Source: Bacteroidales bacterium (GTDB lineage Bacteria; Bacteroidota; Bacteroidia; Bacteroidales; VadinHA17). Taken from it: a stretch of 64,000 nt of DNA. Shown here in pieces: positions 27,501 to 34,699 of the stretch (position 1 is its first letter; each line of letters begins with the position of its first letter). The notes below the pieces were generated by a model. It searched no databases. It worked only from the letters and a program-made list of their open reading frames with translations, and was not told where the DNA came from. The stretch is taken from positions 20,015-84,014 of the forward strand of contig JBGSLG010000157.1 in assembly GCA_041740815.1 (NCBI GenBank). The letters are read 5' to 3'. The position numbers and the translations under genes were made by a program.

Positions 27501-27652
27501 ACTTCGGAGTCAATTATTACCTGTCAGGACTTCATTCCTATGCAGGCGGCGACCCGGTTCCCGTACCGGTATTCGTGTATGTGGCCATCGTGCTCTTGAT
27601 ATCACTTGCCATAGGAGCAAAGCTAAAGTATAACAGGGCAACTGACAGATAA
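24590..27652 (+). CDS. ccsBA: System II cytochrome c synthase, ResB(CcsB)-CcsA fusion
   Basis: ResB-like N-terminal TM plus a large periplasmic domain. The C-terminal CcsA carries the Trp-rich haem-handling motif [22 protein letters not shown] and conserved His residues. 1020 aa. Confidence 0.88.
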   Translation: [1020 protein letters not shown]

Positions 27653-27686
27653 CAGTCCCTGCCGGTACAGGCGATAGTATAAAACT

Positions 27687-27718
27687 AAAGAGCCCCGCTT
27701 TCCGGCGGGGCTCTTTTA
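27687..27718. terminator. Bidirectional terminator between ccsBA and the convergent PUL
   Basis: AAAGAGCCCCGC-tttccg-GCGGGGCTCTTTT. Confidence 0.8.
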
Positions 27719-27735
27719 ATATTCAGATCGCAGTA

Positions 27736-28767
27736 TTACTTTCTGTAGTTCTGAGGTCTCTGGAATTTGATCGTGCCCTTGTAGGGACCGGATTCTGTTC
27801 CGTCTGCCTCAATGATTGTGTACTTGCCGCCTGATACTTCAATCTCACAGACTATTCCGCCGAAGCCAACGCCGTTGTCATCATACCCCGGGGTACCAAC
27901 CAGCGCAATCTCAGAAGGAATCTGAGTTATCTCAAAATCAATCAGTGAGGTGCCCTGACGGGTGAAGACCGCAGTGATAGGCATGGTCAGGTCAGTATCA
28001 ACTATATCATAGTAACCAAGCAGTCCGTTGGCCCAAAGGTCAGTAATGATTGTATAGGTACCGTCAGGCAGATTGAGTTCCAGTTCCTCGGGATTGCTTC
28101 CCGTAGCAGCCGCGTCAACTATATCACCCCCTGAATCGAGAACGAAGATATCCCAGTCAACCTCATCAGCAACGTCAACAGTGATGTCAACGGTGTCAAT
28201 TACGGTGTAGGTATATTCATTACCGTACTCCTCTGCGGTGAGCTCAACCTCAACGATATCCTGAACCGTCACTTCCTGATGCCATGTCAGCACTACATTC
28301 ACGATATCGGAGACGTAGTTTGTGATTGTGGCAGTCAGCGTCGGGAATACAGTTGCAGAGTTGACAAGATACTTGTCAGCGATGCTAAAGACACCTATCT
28401 GACCGGTGAGGGTCTCGGTTGCAGTGAAATCATAATCCTCAAGGAAGATGATATAAAGCTTTGCCGTCTTCGTGTAGGGTGCAACAACACCGGGGATGAC
28501 AGTATAGTCATCACCGTTGGCTGTACCGCCGGTCTGCTTGAAATTGAAGGTTATGGACCGATCGATTGTCTTGTCAAGAGTGATGTTATAGATGATAGTA
28601 TCACCCTCGGCCACGGTTGTTCCTGTTGCATTGGCGAAGGTTGCAATTGCATACCCTTCGGGACTCACTACCGGCTCCGCATCCTGACTGGCTGTATCGC
28701 AGGCAACAGCGCCAACAACAAGAAGGGCCAGTCCCAGAATCTTATATAACATTTTATTTTTCATCAT
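27736..28767 (-). CDS. Surface lipoprotein of the Sus-like locus, beta-sandwich repeats with PPC-like motif
   Basis: Lipobox (LVVGAVAC). D/T/V/Y-rich beta repeats. DEVDWDIFVLDSGGDIV...DGTYTIITD resembles pre-peptidase C-terminal (PPC) domains. No catalytic motif recognised. Confidence 0.6.
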   Translation of the reverse strand: MMKNKMLYKILGLALLVVGAVACDTASQDAEPVVSPEGYAIATFANATGTTVAEGDTIIYNITLDKTIDRSITFNFKQTGGTANGDDYTVIPGVVAPYTKTAKLYIIFLEDYDFTATETLTGQIGVFSIADKYLVNSATVFPTLTATITNYVSDIVNVVLTWHQEVTVQDIVEVELTAEEYGNEYTYTVIDTVDITVDVADEVDWDIFVLDSGGDIVDAAATGSNPEELELNLPDGTYTIITDLWANGLLGYYDIVDTDLTMPITAVFTRQGTSLIDFEITQIPSEIALVGTPGYDDNGVGFGGIVCEIEVSGGKYTIIEADGTESGPYKGTIKFQRPQNYRK

Positions 28768-28801
28768 TTTTGATTTTTAATATTAATGAAGTTACACGGG
28801 A

Positions 28802-29644
28802 CTAGTCTTGTTTAACGTAGGTAGCCTTGTAGAAGTTACATGCTCCGGCGTAACAAACAGAGTATTCAATGTAAATATCACCCGTTTCCGGATTGACTGA
28901 GCCGAGGGCTGTGCCTTCTACAATATTTGAATAGAGATCGACAAGGTTCTGTTCCGGTACGTTTAGTACGTTACAGACGTCTGTGAAGGTAAAACCGGGG
29001 GTTCCGCCGAGCTGACCTGGTGTCCAGTGACCTGCGTAGGTTGTTCTGTATGTTCCGACACCGGTCTGAGTGATTACCTCATCGGTCCTTACAATTGTTG
29101 AGGGTACACCAAGTGTGCTGACCCTCTGGATTGTGAGAGTGTACAACCCTGCAAGGTTCGAGAAGCAACCGTAGTTGAGTGTAATCTCCAGCTTCTTGCC
29201 GTTATTGATTACGTTCTCTGCGCCTGTTGCGCTCACCGCCTTAAGAACAAGCTTGGGAGCCGTAGCAAGAGGTGCTATGATTCCATCGGTCAGAATCTTA
29301 ACGGGAATTACACCCAGGTAGTTATCTGACTTCTTAAGGGTAATGGTGGGCTGGGGCAGTACGAAGTGCGTATTCTTGATGGCTGTGGATGATTCGTCAC
29401 TGTCTATTGTGAGTACTATATCTTCGGTCACATCCATTGAGGTAGGACCGATAAGTTTCACTTTGACGGTAAAGTCGTATTCATTGCCGTCGGAGACAAA
29501 TGAAAACGCAGTCCTTGCATCGGTAAAGCCGGCAAGGTTTGGTCCGTCATCATTGAGATCGTACCTGGTAGTATCATCAACCAAACAGGAATTGAGGGCA
29601 CCCAGGCTAAAGAAAAGGATCAAAATATATTTTAATGTTTTCAT
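28802..29644 (-). CDS. Surface lipoprotein of the Sus-like locus, function unknown
   Basis: Lipobox (LGALNSC) followed by an acidic stretch (LVDDTTRYDLNDD). Predicted all-beta. 280 aa. Confidence 0.6.
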   Translation of the reverse strand: MKTLKYILILFFSLGALNSCLVDDTTRYDLNDDGPNLAGFTDARTAFSFVSDGNEYDFTVKVKLIGPTSMDVTEDIVLTIDSDESSTAIKNTHFVLPQPTITLKKSDNYLGVIPVKILTDGIIAPLATAPKLVLKAVSATGAENVINNGKKLEITLNYGCFSNLAGLYTLTIQRVSTLGVPSTIVRTDEVITQTGVGTYRTTYAGHWTPGQLGGTPGFTFTDVCNVLNVPEQNLVDLYSNIVEGTALGSVNPETGDIYIEYSVCYAGACNFYKATYVKQD

Positions 29645-29663
29645 AGTTGTTACTGTTTAAGTA

Positions 29664-31154
29664 TTAGTTCGCCCAGAAGATCTTTACCGTAAAGGCATTT
29701 GGCTGAGCCGGGACATTGCCTCCGTTGGATGAATATTCACCTGCAGGATAGAAAAGTCTTACGGGTTTGTCAGCTGTGGTGTTGTAGTTCAGGGGAAGAG
29801 GAAGACCACTGGGGTATCCTGTCCTGGTGTAGTCAAACCACGACTGCTCAGCTGTAATGCCGTTGGTAGCAATCCATTTCTGGGTAATAATTGCCTGGAT
29901 TTTGTTGGCTGAGCTGTTCCAGCCAACAAGGTTCTGTGCATTTGTGTAATAATCTTCAGCTTCGGCCTCATCCAAACCAAGGAAGAGGAATGAAGCCTCA
30001 ATACCGCTTTCATAGAGTGACTGTGCACTGGCACCGGTGGTAATGAGATTCTTCTGCCTCAGTTCTGCAAGGTTGAAAAAATGTTCAGCCAGAGTAAAGA
30101 TGGTGGCATCCATGTCAGCTGCCTTGAGAATGCCGGGGCCTATGTTGGAAACCTTGTCAGGCATGTACTGGTCAAGAACCGGCGTGTCATAGTCGAGCAG
30201 ACCCTGCGGCACACCAAGGTGACCGGTTGAGGGTTTCTCATATATGTAGTCGATCCTCGGGTCAGCTGTTGTTGTAAGGTAGTTCAGGACATAAGCCGTA
30301 GCACAGGTTGCGTTGTAGCTCATTGTCTTCGTACCGCCCTCATCCCAGCCAAGTGAGTTCCACATGGGGTTCTGCTTGCCAACGTTCTTGGGTATGTAAC
30401 CGGGATTGACACCCACATCGGTAGTTATGTAACCGTGGCCTTCGCTTGCAATGACTGCGAGTTCGGTCTGGATGTATGCATCTCTGCCGGTCATGTCAGA
30501 CTGACGGTTCAGTATTCTGATCTTCAGCGTATTGGCGAATTTAATCCAGTTGGTCATGTTGCCGTTGAAGATGGCGTCATCATCTCCTGGAACATCTGCA
30601 CCGGAAGCGTTCTTGATGATGTTGATGGCCTCGGTCAGCTGAACGATAAGATCTTCATAGATCTCCTGTGCACCGTCATACTTCGGTGTTGCCTCCTGGC
30701 TTCTGCCGAGAGCTTCCGAATAGGGAACGTCTCCGTAGGTGTCAACAAGCTGCTGATAGTGGAATGCCTTCATTATCTTGGCAATAGCCCTGTAGTTATC
30801 GAATTTCGGATCTTCAAGATTGTTGAGGATCTGATACTGCTTGAGAGTATTGGCGTAGGTGTTATTGAATATCCTCGAGTAGAATGATGATGTCACGTTG
30901 TACTTGAACTCATCCGAGTACCATGAGAAACCGTCACTCTGGCTCCAGTTAACCATCATCATATTTCCAAGATGGCTTACGCCCCTGTCATCCTGCTGAT
31001 ACTGCGCAGTGTAATACTGGCCGACGGGCAGGACAAGGTCCGGTGTTACTGTTGTGGGATTATTCGGGTCGACGTTAACGTCCAGATAATCGTCACATGA
31101 TACCAGCAGTCCGAAGGCCGCCAGCACAATAGCGAATTTTATAATACTTTTCAT
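29664..31154 (-). CDS. susD: SusD/RagB-family nutrient-binding outer-membrane lipoprotein
   Basis: Lipobox LVSCDDYLDVNVDPNNP, the typical SusD N-terminus. TPR-like helical content. Sits directly downstream of susC. 496 aa. Confidence 0.85.
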   Translation of the reverse strand: MKSIIKFAIVLAAFGLLVSCDDYLDVNVDPNNPTTVTPDLVLPVGQYYTAQYQQDDRGVSHLGNMMMVNWSQSDGFSWYSDEFKYNVTSSFYSRIFNNTYANTLKQYQILNNLEDPKFDNYRAIAKIMKAFHYQQLVDTYGDVPYSEALGRSQEATPKYDGAQEIYEDLIVQLTEAINIIKNASGADVPGDDDAIFNGNMTNWIKFANTLKIRILNRQSDMTGRDAYIQTELAVIASEGHGYITTDVGVNPGYIPKNVGKQNPMWNSLGWDEGGTKTMSYNATCATAYVLNYLTTTADPRIDYIYEKPSTGHLGVPQGLLDYDTPVLDQYMPDKVSNIGPGILKAADMDATIFTLAEHFFNLAELRQKNLITTGASAQSLYESGIEASFLFLGLDEAEAEDYYTNAQNLVGWNSSANKIQAIITQKWIATNGITAEQSWFDYTRTGYPSGLPLPLNYNTTADKPVRLFYPAGEYSSNGGNVPAQPNAFTVKIFWAN

Positions 31155-31167
31155 ATACTAATCTGTT

Positions 31168-34100
31168 TTAAAATTCTATGTTTAAGTTCACACCAAAGGA
31201 TCTTGTCGGAGGCATCTGGAAGTAGCCGCCAACACCAATCGTGTTGTTGTTGGAAGTAGAGTTGTTGAACTCAGGGTCAGAAAAAGCGTTCTCTGCCGGA
31301 AGAAGGGTGAAGAGGTTTCTTGCGATGAAACCAACTGATACCATCTGAAGGGGGGTCTTGCTCACAATGGATGAAGGAAGAGTATAGCTTACTGCAAGTT
31401 CTCTGATCTTGAATGCTGTTGCATCAACAACATAGTTTTCCTTGACATCGTTGTAGGTATCGGTCCAGTAGCTCTGGCGTCCGTTCTGGATGGGTATGTT
31501 TGTGTTCTCAACATAAACGCCCGGGCTGGTCTCGATAACCGAGTTGGGGATGACAAAGTCCTGCCTGTTGGCTGACACACTTGCCATTGACCTTCCTACG
31601 AACTCCATTGCATCCTGGCCCTGTGCATAGAAGACGTGGCCGGTCCTGTAGTCGATTGTGGTTGAAACTGCAAATCCGAAGAATTTCATGGATGTGTTCA
31701 GACCCACGATGTGCTTGGGAGTCGTTCTGCCGAGTGCTGAAAGAGCAGCGTTGGTCTTTGGATATCCGGTTGCCGGATCTATAACGAGCCTGCCCTGGGG
31801 ATCCCTTACATAGGTGTTGGCTTTCATCTGCGGATAAGGTAAGTCAACAATTGCATAGACACCGTACTGGGCCCATGCGCCTACTGCCACCTCGTCAAGT
31901 CCTTCATAGATCTCCTTGACAATAGTTTCTGAGGTTGAATAGTTGACACTCATGTCCCAGGTAAAGTCCCTTGCCTTGATGATCGATCCGCCCAGTGATA
32001 CCTCAAGTCCTTTACCCTGCAGTTCCCCGATGTTGGTGAGGAAAGCGGTTGAGCCTGACGCCACTGACGGTGTAGTGTTGGTGATGAGGTCAGTGGTGGT
32101 GGTCATGAAGTATGATGCATCAAGCATGATCCTTGACTGCAGCAGACCCAGGTTAAGACCTATCTCAGTTGTGTTCAGCTTTTCCTTCTTGATGTTGGCA
32201 TCAACAGTGGTGCTTGACAGAACGAAACCGTTGACCGGACCGTAGGGGAATGCCGGGTGCTTGCTGAAGGTCTCGTTGATCCTGTAAGGTGAAAGGTCAT
32301 TGTACACCGTTGAGTTGGAAGCGGTGACCTTGGCATATGAAAGGAAATTATTATTCTTAAGGGCATCGATAGCATCCGTAATAACGAATGAGATACCGAC
32401 ACCGGGATAGAAGTAGTTGTTGTTTCCCGTGGCTAGAGTTGAGGTCCAGTCATTTCTTCCTGAGAAGTTCAGGAACACGAAGTTGCTGTAACCAAGCGTG
32501 ATGTCTCCGAAGAAACCGAAGTTGACCTCCTGAGATGCATCTGCGCGAACAGTCGGGGTTCCTGTACCGTTTGAGATATCATAGAAACCGGGGATACTGA
32601 GGTTGTCAGCCCTGATCCTGCTGTAACGGTAGATGTAATTGTAGTTTGCTCCACCAAGGATTGTCTTCAGTGAGAAGTTGCCTAACTCAAAGGTTCCGGT
32701 GACGAGCAGGTCTTCTATGATTTCTGAAGACTGTGATTCCGTGTCTTCAACAAACGATGACACAGCGCCGGCTGATGGCTGCAGATCTGCATCATAAGTC
32801 TGTGCTGCACGCCAGTCCTTGCCGCTGCTCCAGAGGGTGTTCGTACCGATCCTGGCAGTAACATTCAGCCAGTTGAGCGGATCCCAAGATGCCTGTACGT
32901 TTCCGTTGACCCTGTTCGACTTCTGGTTGTCTCTGTTGGTGCCTACTGCCCAGTAAGGGTTCTGATAATAGGCGTTGTAGTAACCGTCCGGGGTGGCATA
33001 AAGATCTGTCTGCCAGTTGGCGTAACGTGAGAGCGGAATGTTTGCCGATGTGTTCAGAAGGAACCAGTAAAGGGGCCTGTCCTGATCACCGATGCTGCCG
33101 CCGACGACGTCTGTCTCATCCTTAAAGAAACTTGAGTTCAGTGAAAGTTCCACTTTACCAACCTTTTTGCTTGCGTTGACCCTGACGGTGTTTCTCTTGT
33201 ATGTGTCGTCAGGAACGATGCCGGTGGCTCTCTGGTCACCTATTGAGACATAGAACTTGCTTGCCTCGTGGCTGCCGCTCAGGTAGATTGTATTATTGAA
33301 GTTATGGCCCGTGTTGAAGAATGCAAGGAGGTTATCCTTGACGGGTGCGTAGGGAACAGCCTGGTAGGTGCCGTCTGGCCATGTGGGCCCGATCTGGCGA
33401 AGGGTGCCGTCGAAACGTGGACCCCAGTTGGTGTTCTCAACTGCGTCATAGGCGCCTTCCCATCCTGTACCATATTCAGACTGGAATTTAGGCATGTAGG
33501 CAACCTTCTCAGCGGTGTATGATGAGATGAGACCGATTGTCATCTTCTCGCCAGCCTGTCCTTTCTTGGTGGAGACAATTATAGCACCGTTGGCAGCGTT
33601 GCTGCCGTAGAGTGCTGCTGCCGTTGCACCTTTAAGGATGCTCAGGTCGGCAATATCGTTAGGGTTCAGGTCATCAAAGGCTCCGAGTGATGCAATAACA
33701 CCGTCGATGACAACCAGTGCCTGGTTGTCGGATGATATTGACCTCAGACCTCTTAAGATGATCTGTGTAGTAGGGTTAACACTGTTGTCCTGTACGTTGA
33801 TCTGAAGACCGGCAACCTTACCGGCAAGTGCGCTACCGGCTCTCGTCGGCTGTGCTGCTGCCAGTTCGGAGTTGTCAACCTTCTGTGTCTGATAGGTGAT
33901 CTCCCTCTTCTCTCTCTTTATACCGAGTGCCGTCACAACGACCTCACTCAGACCAACCACGTCAGACTCCATCACAGCGTTTACCACTGAGCGTCCTGAG
34001 ATGTTAACCTCCAGCTGCTTCATTCCGATGAATGAGAAGACAAGAGTTGCTGCATCTTCCGGAACTGTCAGTGAGTACCTGCCGTCAACATCTGTTGATG

Positions 34101-34260
34101 TTGCGATGGTGGTGCCTTTGACAAACACAGATACACCGGGAACTGCACCTTCCCCCTCCGTGGCGGAGGTAACTGTACCTGTAATGACTTTTGTCTGCGC
34201 CCACAGGGTGCTGGCACCCGCTAACACAAACAAAACAAAGAACAGAAATAGTTTCTTCAT
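31168..34260 (-). CDS. susC: SusC/RagA-family TonB-dependent outer-membrane transporter
   Basis: Signal peptide MKKLFLFFVLFVLAGASTLWAQ. Carboxypeptidase-regulatory-like domain (ITGTVTS...VPGVSVFVKGT...DGRYSL). Plug motif (VVVTALGIKREK). C-terminal FGVNLNIEF. I start at the ATG at 34260; the track's extra 35 codons contain no signal peptide. Confidence 0.9.
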   Translation of the reverse strand: MKKLFLFFVLFVLAGASTLWAQTKVITGTVTSATEGEGAVPGVSVFVKGTTIATSTDVDGRYSLTVPEDAATLVFSFIGMKQLEVNISGRSVVNAVMESDVVGLSEVVVTALGIKREKREITYQTQKVDNSELAAAQPTRAGSALAGKVAGLQINVQDNSVNPTTQIILRGLRSISSDNQALVVIDGVIASLGAFDDLNPNDIADLSILKGATAAALYGSNAANGAIIVSTKKGQAGEKMTIGLISSYTAEKVAYMPKFQSEYGTGWEGAYDAVENTNWGPRFDGTLRQIGPTWPDGTYQAVPYAPVKDNLLAFFNTGHNFNNTIYLSGSHEASKFYVSIGDQRATGIVPDDTYKRNTVRVNASKKVGKVELSLNSSFFKDETDVVGGSIGDQDRPLYWFLLNTSANIPLSRYANWQTDLYATPDGYYNAYYQNPYWAVGTNRDNQKSNRVNGNVQASWDPLNWLNVTARIGTNTLWSSGKDWRAAQTYDADLQPSAGAVSSFVEDTESQSSEIIEDLLVTGTFELGNFSLKTILGGANYNYIYRYSRIRADNLSIPGFYDISNGTGTPTVRADASQEVNFGFFGDITLGYSNFVFLNFSGRNDWTSTLATGNNNYFYPGVGISFVITDAIDALKNNNFLSYAKVTASNSTVYNDLSPYRINETFSKHPAFPYGPVNGFVLSSTTVDANIKKEKLNTTEIGLNLGLLQSRIMLDASYFMTTTTDLITNTTPSVASGSTAFLTNIGELQGKGLEVSLGGSIIKARDFTWDMSVNYSTSETIVKEIYEGLDEVAVGAWAQYGVYAIVDLPYPQMKANTYVRDPQGRLVIDPATGYPKTNAALSALGRTTPKHIVGLNTSMKFFGFAVSTTIDYRTGHVFYAQGQDAMEFVGRSMASVSANRQDFVIPNSVIETSPGVYVENTNIPIQNGRQSYWTDTYNDVKENYVVDATAFKIRELAVSYTLPSSIVSKTPLQMVSVGFIARNLFTLLPAENAFSDPEFNNSTSNNNTIGVGGYFQMPPTRSFGVNLNIEF

Positions 34261-34300
34261 AAGACTTAGATTTAGGTTTAAATTCAAGTGGGGCAAGGTA

Positions 34301-34308
34301 CAAAAATA
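34301..34308 (-). promoter_or_regulatory. Putative -7 box (TATTTTTG) for the susC operon
   Basis: Minus-strand TATTTTTG (TAnnTTTG) 41 nt upstream of the susC ATG. Confidence 0.35.
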
Positions 34309-34413
34309 TTTTTCCGAAATACAAACCCTTGTGAAAAAAATCAGATGGGATATGATAATGCGCACTTATACCCAGGCTTGGTTCAGGATGCGTTAAACAC
34401 ACTTCATATTTCC

Positions 34414-34458
34414 TAAAAAAATTAAGCTGATTCCCGACAGAGTCGTCGGGATCAGCTT
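34414..34458 (-). terminator. Rho-independent terminator after tRNA-His
   Basis: The minus strand reads AAGCTGATCCCGAC-gactct-GTCGGGAATCAGCTT followed by a T-run. Confidence 0.8.
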
Positions 34459-34468
34459 ATAATGACAG

Positions 34469-34543
34469 GGTGGAAGACCGGGTTCGAACCGGCGACCTCC
34501 AGATCCACAATCTGGCGCTCTAACCAACTGAGCTACAACCACC
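34469..34543 (-). tRNA. tRNA-His (anticodon GTG) with encoded G-1; acceptor stem has two U-U mismatches
   Basis: The minus strand reads GGTGGTTGTAGCTCAGTTGGTTAGAGCGCCAGATTGTGGATCTGGAGGTCGCCGGTTCGAACCCGGTCTTCCACC. The anticodon stem CCAGA/TCTGG encloses loop TTGTGGA. The G-1:C73 pair is present. Positions 5:68 and 6:67 are T opposite T. Confidence 0.8.
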
Positions 34544-34699
34544 GTTTTACGGAGTGCAAAGAAACAGCAAAAAACGCATTCTGCAAATTTTTATTTTTTT
34601 TTGTTTTCATTCTCCGGCAAACATTATCTTCGTCGTACTGAATCCCGCTGGTACAATTATTGCAGGCTGTAAGCGTTCCAGTCTTTATACCGGAAAAGT

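Noticed and set aside
34261-34365. 35-codon N-terminal extension of SusC in the track (MRIIISHLIFF...)
   Set aside because: The extension has no signal peptide and covers the predicted promoter. The internal ATG at 34260 gives a canonical signal peptide, MKKLFLFFVLFVLAGASTLWAQ.
34261-34468. Looked for a riboswitch (for example cobalamin) in the susC leader
   Set aside because: The interval is accounted for by the tRNA-His terminator hairpin and a TAnnTTTG promoter. I recognised no conserved riboswitch core such as a B12 box.
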